A DNA stretch of 27,613 nt from Chloroflexota bacterium (GTDB lineage: Bacteria > Chloroflexota > Dehalococcoidia > Lucifugimonadales > JADFKI01), in NCBI GenBank assembly GCA_027623195.1, contig JAQBUT010000033.1:1-27613 (forward strand). Direction: 5' to 3'. The translations under genes and the position numbers were made by a program. The notes below the pieces were generated by a model. The model worked only from the letters and a program-made list of their open reading frames with translations. It did no database searches and was not told the origin of the DNA. This document shows, in pieces, positions 1 through 8,845 of this stretch; the stretch's first letter is position 1; each line of letters opens with the position of its first letter.

Positions 1-376
1 TTAATTTGGCCTCATTGTTGTTTGAATAAGTAGATCCACCTTACTCAACAGCATTTTCTAACCTCGGACTTATGGCCCATCCGCTGCGTTGAAGTGCGCG
101 CCAGGAAACTTGATACCGATTACCACGGAAAATACCTCAAAGCATCCAAATCTCCTGACCATCCTCTGCATCTAACCATTGATTTTAACTCCAAGCTTGT
201 GGAGGTACGGCGATGCACACTATCTCACCTTGACAGGGTTACCCGATGATTTGGCAGATGTTTATTAAGTGCAGTTCCCGATTTACGTAGAAGGCTACGA
301 ATGACTTGACGTCATAATTTTAGCTGGAGGCATTGATCGCAGTGCAGTTCATTAGAAGGAGAATCCTCACCAGAAC

Positions 377-925
377 ATGAAATCATTCAGAAGTAAGATA
401 CATTTCGATCGGAAGTTGATTATTTCTATTATGGGCGCGCTTATGGCTCTGAGCGCTGCGTGCGGCACTCAAGCGGCCAATCCAAGTGATCAAGTGGAAC
501 AGGTTACCGAGCTCCCGGAAACCGTAGGAAGCGAAGTCTGGGCATACCTTCTCGGGGAGAATTACCAGGAAACCTGGACGCTTTGGCCGGGTAAAGGGGA
601 GAAATACCCGGGCGCAGAACCGCATGGCATGCTGCTGACAACATACCTCAACTCGACGGCACTGGACGCCCTGAACGCCAAAGCTGGCTCAATGCCTGAT
701 GCGTCGATCATCGTCAAGGAGAACTACATGCCGGATGGCACTCTAGCCGCCACAACTGTCATGTACAAGGTCCCTGAATACAATCCGGAGTTCAACGACT
801 GGTTCTGGACCAAGGTCAAGGCTGATGGGTCCATTGAGGCTGAAGGTAAGGTTGCGGGATGCCAGGCTTGCCACGGAGCCAAAAGCAGTAACGACTATGT
901 ATACACTGGCAGCCTCTCTGAGTAG
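377..925 (+). CDS. Cytochrome P460 / c'-beta family lipoprotein
   Basis: SD-like AAGGAG upstream; hydrophobic leader with lipobox-like LSAAC; IVKENY and VMYK..YNPE..DWFW motifs; single C-terminal CxxCH (CQACH, 860-874) followed by DYVY. Confidence 0.8.
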   Translation: MKSFRSKIHFDRKLIISIMGALMALSAACGTQAANPSDQVEQVTELPETVGSEVWAYLLGENYQETWTLWPGKGEKYPGAEPHGMLLTTYLNSTALDALNAKAGSMPDASIIVKENYMPDGTLAATTVMYKVPEYNPEFNDWFWTKVKADGSIEAEGKVAGCQACHGAKSSNDYVYTGSLSE

Positions 926-1099
926 GTTTTTTGACCTGCTACAACGATAACGTAAGCGGCAATGAAAGCACACGTATCAACGGGGTAACCAAAGTCGCAA
1001 TGAGACATCAGGAGCAGCAACACGGGGGCACGATAGCCACGTATCGGGCGGACTCAACGTGCACATCCAAGATTCACTTTGCCTAAATGTACTTAGGCC

Positions 1100-1135
1100 C
1101 GCCGTCGCCAGGCCTGCATTGACCTGACGACGGCG
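1100..1135. terminator. Hairpin between convergent P460 and flavoenzyme genes, probable terminator
   Basis: CGCCGTCGCCAGG...CCTGACGACGGCG, a 13-bp stem with one mismatch (G-U on the - strand); TTCTTTT follows on +. Confidence 0.55.
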
Positions 1136-1183
1136 ACTTCTTTTATCCCAATTGGGTTGTGGGGTATTTCAGCGAATCTCAGG

Positions 1184-2335
1184 CTATTCCACCGGGTCCA
1201 GTCCCAGGGCAATTCGACCGCTGAAGGAGTACTGCTTGCGCTCCTGGAAGGCGTGGAACTTAGCAGCCTGTATGTCTCGGAAGTTGCGTTCCAGTCCCAG
1301 CTTGCGGAAGTACGCCGCGCCGCCTACAGCCTCTATGGCCTTCTCCACCGAGCGTATGGCCGCCTTGGTGATGATGGTCTTGTGGCGATATATCAAGTTA
1401 GAGTTGTCGGCGTTGGGCACGTAATCACTCGACGCCAGGTCCACGATGCTCTGAAGGGACGTCTGCGCGGACAGAAGGTCGGTGTCCATCTCGCCTACTG
1501 CTTCCTGAACGGTGCGATCGTCGCGCTTCTTGGCTACCTGTTCAATCGCCGTCTCCCTGGCAGCTTCAGCAACGCCTACATACGCCGACATCACCAGCGA
1601 CCACGCCAGGGGAGAGATTACATCAAAGAACGGAACCCACTGGCCCTTGGGCCTACGAAGGGTCACGCCTGCTTCAGCAACGAATACGTCTTCGACTATC
1701 AACGAGTTAGAGCCAGTAGCTCGCATACCCATGCTATTCCAGTCGTCGGTCACCGTCACGCCCGGGCTACTCATAGGCACTGCGAAGTGCAGCACTTGTG
1801 CGCCCTGGTCGGGGTCGTCGTAAACGCCGGTGGTTACCAGCAGATGTCCAGCCGGGGAGCCGCTGCTGAAAACCTTGCGGCCACTATATTTGAAGCCGTC
1901 TTCTACCTTGGTCAGCGTACCTGAGCCGTCCAACCAGTCCGAACCACCCGTGCTGACCAGCACAAGCTCCTCTGCGGCTATCTTGCGAAGCGCCGGCTCT
2001 GAGGATGGCGTAAGGCCCTTGTTGACTCTCCAGATAAGCGTGGCCAAGAGATGAGAGTGCATAGAGAAGGCCAATGCCGTGGAGCCATCGTAATGAGCCA
2101 GCTCACGTATCAATGCCGCAATCTCAGTGTGCGTTGCTCCGCCGCCGCCAAGCTCTACAGGAATCCTGGCGGAGAAGAGCTTTTTCTCCCGCATCATTTC
2201 GAAGTTCTCTGCCGCGAACCTGCCGTCGGCGTCGTTGGCTTCGGCCCTAGCCTTAAACTGAGGTCCGATCTCTTTGGCTATGGCTAGTAGGTCCATTTTC
2301 GTCGTTCTCTTAACTGATTCCTTAGTGGGTGCCAT
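1184..2335 (-). CDS. Acyl-CoA dehydrogenase-fold flavoprotein (DszC/SfnB-like hydroxylase subgroup possible)
   Basis: 383 aa; IPVELGGGG, STALAFSMH, GRKVFSSGS, DDWNSMGMRATGS, LERNFRD motifs. Confidence 0.85.
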   Translation of the reverse strand: MAPTKESVKRTTKMDLLAIAKEIGPQFKARAEANDADGRFAAENFEMMREKKLFSARIPVELGGGGATHTEIAALIRELAHYDGSTALAFSMHSHLLATLIWRVNKGLTPSSEPALRKIAAEELVLVSTGGSDWLDGSGTLTKVEDGFKYSGRKVFSSGSPAGHLLVTTGVYDDPDQGAQVLHFAVPMSSPGVTVTDDWNSMGMRATGSNSLIVEDVFVAEAGVTLRRPKGQWVPFFDVISPLAWSLVMSAYVGVAEAARETAIEQVAKKRDDRTVQEAVGEMDTDLLSAQTSLQSIVDLASSDYVPNADNSNLIYRHKTIITKAAIRSVEKAIEAVGGAAYFRKLGLERNFRDIQAAKFHAFQERKQYSFSGRIALGLDPVE

Positions 2336-2655
2336 GTCATTATAAATATCTCCTGATTAGTCTGTGAATGTCTCTTGCTTATGTGACGACAACGTGTCCA
2401 AGTAGTGCCACGCGCATATTTTCGCCAAATCTTTTTATTAACGTCGCTGTCGTCCCTCTTTATTAAGATTCGCATTCGCCGGTGCGACTCGTCTTATACA
2501 TACGTTATCGCCGTACCAGTAAAGGCACATCACCCAATTAGGGGGTTTCTTCATAAGAGGCTTGGCAATGCCGTCTAGCCAACATTGACTACTCGCATCT
2601 CAAATGTGGTCAAAAAAGACCCATTTACCAGATCCAACCCAGCCTTCAGACGCGC

Positions 2656-2684
2656 TTGACGCCCACATAGAGCGTTGCTACACT
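2656..2684 (+). promoter_or_regulatory. Sigma70-type promoter for 2728..3558
   Basis: TTGACG-17 nt-TACACT with extended -10 TG; AGGAG SD before the ATG at 2728. Confidence 0.6.
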
Positions 2685-2727
2685 CGCTGCCTGACGGTTA
2701 CACCAGCAGAACCTAGGAGAGCCAAAG

Positions 2728-3558
2728 ATGATTTACGGTGCGATTACCAATTCGTGGAGGCAGCATTTGGCCGACCACGACTTAACCAGCCTGGTGGCTG
2801 AAGCAAAAGGACGTGGGGCCAAACACATCGAGCTTAGGCAGACCTGCCTGGGAGACTGCGAGACTGGTGAGGGGGAGAACTGGCGACCGGTAATGGCAAA
2901 CCTACAAACACTGGTCTCGGCCTACCCGGACCTGACCTTCAACCTGGCGATGGCGTGGCCGTGCCTGTCGAAAAGCACTGACGCTGCCGGTGAGCAGTTC
3001 CAGGCGGCCCTGGAAGCAGCCAAGCTGGTCAACCCTGAGGCCCCACATCTTCGTATTGTAGACCCCACGCGCTTCGAAAAGGCCTGGGAAACCCCAGACG
3101 ACATCCCCGCGGAGGCCATGAGTCTAGTGGACATGACCAGGGAAGCGGCCCGGCAACAGGTGACCTTTTCCATTGAAAACTCTGGCCAGCCCATACGCAG
3201 CATGGAGCTACTGGTGAAGGAGATACGCTCGCGACTGTCCGAGGATGAGGGCGCGCGTTTGGGGATATGCACGGACGCTACCAACCAGCTCCGGGGCTAC
3301 CCCGACAGCGATCCGGTGGGCGAAATCGAGGCTCTGCCACTGGATATGATAAAGATTGTGCACTTCAAGCAAGCCCGTAACGGCCAGGCGATTCCCACTG
3401 TGGACACTGGCGATGTGGACTGCGCGCGAATGCAACGGGTGCTGACCGACAAGGGATACCAGGGTGCCGCAATAATGGAGATACCCCCTCACGACCAGGT
3501 GTTCGAGAATCTTTCAGCCAGCTATTCGTTCCTCAATGCGGCAGCAACAAATGGGTAG
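2728..3558 (+). CDS. Sugar phosphate isomerase/epimerase (AP endonuclease 2 TIM barrel) family
   Basis: HIELR, SIEN, D.TN, VHFKQ, GDVD, GYQG..IME metal-binding pattern. Confidence 0.75.
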   Translation: MIYGAITNSWRQHLADHDLTSLVAEAKGRGAKHIELRQTCLGDCETGEGENWRPVMANLQTLVSAYPDLTFNLAMAWPCLSKSTDAAGEQFQAALEAAKLVNPEAPHLRIVDPTRFEKAWETPDDIPAEAMSLVDMTREAARQQVTFSIENSGQPIRSMELLVKEIRSRLSEDEGARLGICTDATNQLRGYPDSDPVGEIEALPLDMIKIVHFKQARNGQAIPTVDTGDVDCARMQRVLTDKGYQGAAIMEIPPHDQVFENLSASYSFLNAAATNG

Positions 3559-3630
3559 ACAGGCAAAACGCGACTGGATTTGATTTAGATAACTGGTTGC
3601 GCTCATCTCCTAGAACCAAATGCTTCGCCC

Positions 3631-4083
3631 CTAGGACTCCCTGTGCCTCAGCACCCGATAGACGTAGAGAGCCGCAGCTACAGCATTTCCGCCAAGGGCC
3701 GCCCCAAACATCATGCCCACAAACATGTGGGATAGGGAAAAGACAGGGACCCTCCGAACACCTCCGAACAGTGCATAGTATGTCTCGACTCCCCTTATCT
3801 CGTTGACCAGCCAAGCGCTAACCACGGCTGTCCCAAGTGTAACGACAACTAGCAACAGTTGAATCCTACGGGAGCTCTGCGTGTTCCACCATGCCAATGC
3901 CGTTGGTACTGCCGCTGCAACCCCTACTAACGCTGCCTGTACCAGGAAGAACCAGCCAAGGCTCAAGGTTCGCACGTCAAACGATGCCTCAGCCAGCCTC
4001 CAGGTCAGGAAGCTAAGCACGATAGCGGAAAATATGCCTAATGCGGCACGGGCCAGCAGGTTAACCAGAAGTTCAAACGCCAT
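3631..4083 (-). CDS. Hypothetical integral membrane protein (about 4 TM)
   Basis: 150 aa with four hydrophobic stretches; GAGGA SD before the ATG. Confidence 0.65.
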   Translation of the reverse strand: MAFELLVNLLARAALGIFSAIVLSFLTWRLAEASFDVRTLSLGWFFLVQAALVGVAAAVPTALAWWNTQSSRRIQLLLVVVTLGTAVVSAWLVNEIRGVETYYALFGGVRRVPVFSLSHMFVGMMFGAALGGNAVAAALYVYRVLRHRES

Positions 4084-4146
4084 ACGTCCTCATTGCCATC
4101 AAATGCACTGCCTTCATGATATCGCGTTAATTTCCCCAAGTAATGT

Positions 4147-4188
4147 AAAACACCAGAGGGCCTAGAATTATATCTAAGCCCTCTGGTG
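4147..4188 (-). terminator. Rho-independent terminator of the ABC transporter operon
   Basis: CACCAGAGGGC/GCCCTCTGGTG 11-bp inverted repeat followed by TTTT on -. Confidence 0.65.
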
Positions 4189-4257
4189 TGTATCGCGGCC
4201 GGAATTGTTATCGTGCCGACTCTAAATGACAAAGGTAGAAACTAGGCTAACGCGGCG

Positions 4258-5175
4258 CTAGTCCATCAACTGCCTGAGACGCGGATCCAGCCGGTCTCGA
4301 AGCCAGTCGCCTGTGAAGTTAAGCGACATAACAACCAGGAATATTGCTACGCCCGGGAACACTGTCGGCCACCAAGCTGAGCTGAGGTAGTTTCTACCCT
4401 CGTTGACCATGGCGCCCCAGGTGGGTGTAGGTGACGGCACTCCGGCACCAAGGAAGCTCAAGGCCGCTTCTGCCAGGATAAGGTTGCCTACAGCCAATGT
4501 CGCTATCACTACTGCGGTATTTATCACTCCGGGCAGTATGTGCCGAATGAGAATTCGAGGGGTAGAGCACCCCGCAACGCGTGCCAAGTCCACGTAGGGC
4601 TCGTTCTTTATAGACAGCGTCTGGCTTCGAACCACCCTTACGAACGGGTTCCACGCGAGCAAGGCCATCAGCACCAAAAGCAGTTCAAGACTCTGGCCGA
4701 ACAGCAGCACACACACGAGGGCCACCATCAGGAAGGGTAACGCCTGCCATATGTCTACAATTCTGGATATGACTTCGTCCACCCATCCTCCGACGTAGCC
4801 GCTGACAATGCCCATGGTGGTGCCTATCAAGAAGCCGAAAGTCAGCGCGATGGCGCCGACCACCAGCGATATACGCGCGCCGAAGAGCATACGTGAAAAG
4901 ACGTCGCGCCCGGCATGGTCCGTGCCAAGAAGGTGCTCTGTAGTGCCATCTTCAAAAAAGGCTGGAGCGACATGACGCTCCCGAATGCCTCCAGCATAGG
5001 GGTCATGGGTGGCAAGTACAGGTGCAAAAATACCTGAGATTATCAGGATGGCCAGTACCAACATGGGTAACATAGGCCAGCGTCTCGTGAACGACCATGC
5101 GAACCTTAGTTGTCGAACTACTGGCGGATAATCCCGGATTCCCAGAAAGTCCCGATCAATCGGTGTCATCTGCAT
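4258..5175 (-). CDS. Peptide/nickel ABC transporter permease, DppC/OppC-like
   Basis: HLLGTDHAGRDVFSR, EAA-like loop (EPYVDLARVAGCS), SFLGAG, WGAMV, GDWLRDRLDPR. Confidence 0.93.
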   Translation of the reverse strand: MQMTPIDRDFLGIRDYPPVVRQLRFAWSFTRRWPMLPMLVLAILIISGIFAPVLATHDPYAGGIRERHVAPAFFEDGTTEHLLGTDHAGRDVFSRMLFGARISLVVGAIALTFGFLIGTTMGIVSGYVGGWVDEVISRIVDIWQALPFLMVALVCVLLFGQSLELLLVLMALLAWNPFVRVVRSQTLSIKNEPYVDLARVAGCSTPRILIRHILPGVINTAVVIATLAVGNLILAEAALSFLGAGVPSPTPTWGAMVNEGRNYLSSAWWPTVFPGVAIFLVVMSLNFTGDWLRDRLDPRLRQLMD

Positions 5176-5187
5176 TTGAACAATACC

Positions 5188-6147
5188 TTAACCGTATCGG
5201 ATTCGGGGGTCTATAAAGGCATAAAGAATATCTGCCACGAACGCGAAGCTGACGTAGATACCAATAAAAACGAATACGGTGCCTGCCAGGAGCGGCCAGT
5301 CATTGTCATAGACTGCCTGTTGGAGGGCGACCTGTCCTATTCCCGGTAGTGAGAAGATTATCTCCACAACCAACGCGCCATTCAAGTAGTCGGCGAGCAG
5401 TACCAAAGCCGAGGTCAGCGGTGGGATAACGGCGTTTTGCAGGGCATGCTTCCAAACGACGGTCGTCCTGCTCACCCCTTTGGCGCGGGCAAGTTTTATG
5501 TATTCCGAGTCGAGTATTTCAAGCATAGCCGAGCGGGTGAGGCGCATGATGCCCGCAGATGCCGGCCACCCAAGAACTATGCACGGCAGTATCCAGTACT
5601 TTAGGTTGTCCCACGCCAGTGGAAATCCTTCTTGTCTCCCCAACGTGCCGGCGGGGAACCAACCTAGTATTACGGCGAACAGCAGTATCGCCATGACACC
5701 CGTCCAGAACTGCGGAGTTGCCTGTCCGAACAACGCAAATACCCGGCCGCCATAATCCCAGAAGGTCGCCCTCTTGACTGCCGTCAGCACACCCATTGTG
5801 AGGCCGACCACAATAGCAAATATCCATGCGCCCATCGCCAATCGTAGGGTCACCGTGATGTGGTCGCGGACTATGTCTTTCACCGGCCTCGCGGTGCCTA
5901 TAGACTGACCCATGTCGAAATGTAGAAGGTCCCAGACCCATATTCCGTACTGCTCCGGCAACGATTTATCCAGCCCCATTTCGGCCCGGACCATGGCGAT
6001 GAATTCCTCTGTAACCTCGACCTGGGTATCTCCAAGGTACAGGTCTATCGGATCGGGGCCGAGCCTGCTTAGAATAAATATTATTACGGTGGCCCCGATT
6101 ATGGAGATTATGATCGAGATAAATCTTCTAACTAAAAATCGTGCCAT
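5188..6147 (-). CDS. Peptide/nickel ABC transporter permease, DppB/OppB-like
   Basis: RLTRSAMLEILDSEYIKLARAKG, HALQNA, DILYAFIDPRI. Confidence 0.93.
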   Translation of the reverse strand: MARFLVRRFISIIISIIGATVIIFILSRLGPDPIDLYLGDTQVEVTEEFIAMVRAEMGLDKSLPEQYGIWVWDLLHFDMGQSIGTARPVKDIVRDHITVTLRLAMGAWIFAIVVGLTMGVLTAVKRATFWDYGGRVFALFGQATPQFWTGVMAILLFAVILGWFPAGTLGRQEGFPLAWDNLKYWILPCIVLGWPASAGIMRLTRSAMLEILDSEYIKLARAKGVSRTTVVWKHALQNAVIPPLTSALVLLADYLNGALVVEIIFSLPGIGQVALQQAVYDNDWPLLAGTVFVFIGIYVSFAFVADILYAFIDPRIRYG

Positions 6148-6260
6148 GGTATAAACACTAACCTCGTTGTCGCTCTTGGCCTAGCGGCCTTGGGCAGGGG
6201 AAGGGCACTCTCTCCCACACGGAAGCTTGACCATCATACTGCCCTGCGATGCAATATAAG

Positions 6261-6288
6261 GAGGAGAGGGGGTCACCCCCCTCTCCTC
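6261..6288 (-). terminator. Strong hairpin between the binding-protein and permease genes (partial terminator or mRNA stabiliser)
   Basis: Perfect 12-bp stem GAGGAGAGGGGG/CCCCCTCTCCTC; GTGA (GNRA) loop on -; weak U tract. Confidence 0.6.
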
Positions 6289-6309
6289 AACTCATTCTCT
6301 ACCTAATTC

Positions 6310-8328
6310 TTATTTCACCGGAATGATGGCTTGTGGGCTATGCCAGTATCCACCAGCCGTCGAACGCGCGTTCCATGACGCAACTGTTTCGGGATTACCG
6401 GCGACTCCGCGAGGCGGCTGAGAAATGCCGTTGTAAAGCTGCCAGTAGTAGTAGTAATCTACCATGTCAAGGTGCAACGCCTCCCGGGCGGGCGCCTCTC
6501 TTTCACCGTTAATGCTGATGAACATGTAGTCCAGGAACTTGCTCTCGAAGGCGCAGCCCCAGGCCGGTCGGCTGTAGGTGCTGTCCGAAGGGGGAGGGGG
6601 CCAGTCCATCGGATAGTTGGCCGTCTCAACGCTGCAGTTCTTGACCACGGGCCAAGGCTGCACACGGTCCCTCATGCGGGGTACGACTACGGAGCCATAC
6701 TCCTCAGTAAGAAGCGTGGTCCTGACGCCAAGCTGTTCCCAGCCCACCGCTACTGCGTCGGCCTGCTCCAGGCACACAGGACCAGTCTCACATCGGTACT
6801 TGTTCATGCTGATCTTGAACCTGACGCCGTCCGATCCTTTTGGGAAACCGGCCAGGTCCAACAGGCGCCCGGCCTCATCGTAGTCGGTCGGGACCTCCCA
6901 CGGCCACTCGTAGTTCGGCTCAGCGGCAGGAACGTCATATTCCAACCAGGAAGTGCCCGGCCCAAGAAGCGCATTGTCGCTGTACTTTTCGTGGGCGGCA
7001 TTTATTGTGGCCTGGTTGACGGTTCGGTTAGCATCCCACCCCGGGAATTTGGGACCCATCAACTCCAGGTAGATAGGCGTGCCCATTCCGCCCTGCAGTT
7101 CTTCTACGATTCCCTCCCGGTCGATGGCCATCCCCAGCGCCCAGCGCACCAGTCGGGCCTGTTCCATGTCGGACATCCCGTCCGGGTTGTTGGTGTCCGT
7201 GTAGCGGCACGGCTTGCCGGCGTCACACCATGGATTGCCGATATGGGGAAGGTCCTCATCGAACACGGGCGAAAGCCAGGGCTCTATACCTTCCTCTGTT
7301 TTAGCGTTTGTGTCTGTCCACAGGTTGCCCGGCCAGATAACGCTCAGCGTCATCGTGTCCTTGTCGGACATTGTCGGTATGAACTTCAGTCCAAGACCCG
7401 GCAATTCCCTGATCCTGCCGAAGTCGATCGCTCCGAGGTCGGCCTGGCCGGTCTGCATCATCGCTACACGACTCTGAGTATCCGGCACCTGAATGACGGT
7501 GAAACTGCCGATCTTCGCTGTTTCATCCCAGACGCCCTGCATCGATGCCCAGTGTTCACCGGGCATCGCGACGACTTCCATACGTTCGTTCTCCTTCACT
7601 TCGCTGAAGACCATAGGGCCGGAGCCCACTGGCACGAACTGCATCGCTGCTGCGCCCATTGTTTCAAAGGCAGTCTTGCTGTCGAGTCTGACCGTGGTGT
7701 CGTTAATGTCGAACTCACTTATCGGCATGCCCCAGAAAATTTTGGTTATTATCGGGCACTTTACGGTGGAATCACCCACCGCGTTACATTCTCCGTACGT
7801 GGCTCCCAGCTGGGCTCCATTGGCGGCGCCGAGACTCGGGTTGACCACGGCGTTCTGCCTGTTGAAATTCCAGGCTACGTCTTCAGCGGTAATAAAGCCA
7901 AAGTCGTTCCCAGCAAATACCTCAGGGGTGTTGACCTTCATACCTGAGCGTATTTCCATGGTGAGCTCATTGCCGGCCGTGTTGATGCTCCACTTCTCAG
8001 CAGCCCATGGAGCCAGGGGGTTGGTGCCGTCGTGCACCAGAGGCTGGTCAAAGAAGCCCATATTGGTTTCGCCTGGCTCAGCCCCGTAGGTCTGCACCTC
8101 GAAGTCGCCGAATGGTGAGGTGACCTCTGGAATAGCCATTGTTATGGCTACGTTACTGGCCCCCCCAGACGGCGGTGGAGGGACTGCAGTGGCTGGCGTT
8201 GCAGGGGCGACTGTGGCCACTGGTGCCGGCGGAGCCGCTGGCTCATCTGCGCTGCACGCGAATGCAAACAACCCAACAGCCGCGAGCGCGACTAAGTACA
8301 TTTTTCTGAAACCTTTTATGCTTTTCAC
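6310..8328 (-). CDS. Family-5 ABC substrate-binding lipoprotein (divergent, 672 aa)
   Basis: AAAGGAG SD and GTG start; lipobox AFAC; Pro/Ala linker; ITAEDVAWNF, PVGSGP, VRWALGMAIDRE, AGRLLDLAGF motifs; directly upstream of dppBC-like permeases. Confidence 0.88.
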   Translation of the reverse strand: MKSIKGFRKMYLVALAAVGLFAFACSADEPAAPPAPVATVAPATPATAVPPPPSGGASNVAITMAIPEVTSPFGDFEVQTYGAEPGETNMGFFDQPLVHDGTNPLAPWAAEKWSINTAGNELTMEIRSGMKVNTPEVFAGNDFGFITAEDVAWNFNRQNAVVNPSLGAANGAQLGATYGECNAVGDSTVKCPIITKIFWGMPISEFDINDTTVRLDSKTAFETMGAAAMQFVPVGSGPMVFSEVKENERMEVVAMPGEHWASMQGVWDETAKIGSFTVIQVPDTQSRVAMMQTGQADLGAIDFGRIRELPGLGLKFIPTMSDKDTMTLSVIWPGNLWTDTNAKTEEGIEPWLSPVFDEDLPHIGNPWCDAGKPCRYTDTNNPDGMSDMEQARLVRWALGMAIDREGIVEELQGGMGTPIYLELMGPKFPGWDANRTVNQATINAAHEKYSDNALLGPGTSWLEYDVPAAEPNYEWPWEVPTDYDEAGRLLDLAGFPKGSDGVRFKISMNKYRCETGPVCLEQADAVAVGWEQLGVRTTLLTEEYGSVVVPRMRDRVQPWPVVKNCSVETANYPMDWPPPPSDSTYSRPAWGCAFESKFLDYMFISINGEREAPAREALHLDMVDYYYYWQLYNGISQPPRGVAGNPETVASWNARSTAGGYWHSPQAIIPVK

Positions 8329-8377
8329 AATATCTCCTTTCTGAAATATTTACGTGGGACTTGCCTGAAGTGGGGAT

Positions 8378-8422
8378 TCATTCGTAATGGCTTGTGGGGA
8401 ATCTAATGCTTCTTTGCACCAT
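8378..8422 (-). CDS. Candidate 14-aa leader ORF MVQRSIRFPTSHYE
   Basis: GGAGG SD, 8-nt spacer, ATG at 8422, TGA at 8380-8378; lies in the 5' leader of the binding-protein gene. Confidence 0.35.
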   Translation of the reverse strand: MVQRSIRFPTSHYE

Positions 8423-8527
8423 GCCTTTCTCCTCCAAATGGATTTGATAATTGAAGAGAGAGAACGAGGCTATTGCCATATTCGCCTTATTATCTTGGGG
8501 GCAATATAATTTATTCAAGAGAGCCAT

Positions 8528-8555
8528 ATCTTAGTTAATTTTCAGCATATGTCAA
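8528..8555 (-). promoter_or_regulatory. Candidate sigma70 promoter of the ABC operon
   Basis: TTGACA-16 nt-TAAGAT on - in an AT-rich region. Confidence 0.45.
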
Positions 8556-8763
8556 GAGCTACGAGAGCCAATATGCCGTGTTAAAGGGCTAATTGGGGTG
8601 AAAGTCGTTGGCGGGTGAGGGTTGTTTGTCTGCTCAAAACGGGTAAGGGCACCTGGTCTGAACAACCATTGAAAATTCGATTCCCTCGCAGTCAACACCC
8701 GGAGTTCTTCCACCTATGCGTTTAACCAGTAAATCAAAGTGCCTGGAATGAAAGTGTCATAAG

Positions 8764-8794
8764 GGGGGGTGATAGCTTGAAGCCATCACCCCCC
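8764..8794 (-). terminator. Terminator-like hairpin downstream of 8846..9994
   Basis: On -: GGGGGGTGATGGC-TTCAA-GCTATCACCCCCC, a 13-bp stem. Confidence 0.55.
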
Positions 8795-8845
8795 AAAAGA
8801 TGTCGGTCGGCCGCTCAGACCTATCGGTTTTTAGATCGGGCCCAA

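Noticed and set aside
926..1099. Possible gene remnant after the P460 gene
   Set aside because: No convincing ORF, SD or motif
1157..1924. 255-aa + strand ORF
   Set aside because: Antisense to the acyl-CoA dehydrogenase-like gene; no protein-like motifs
6472..7947. 491-aa + strand ORF
   Set aside because: Antisense shadow of the binding-protein gene; no SD or recognisable motifs
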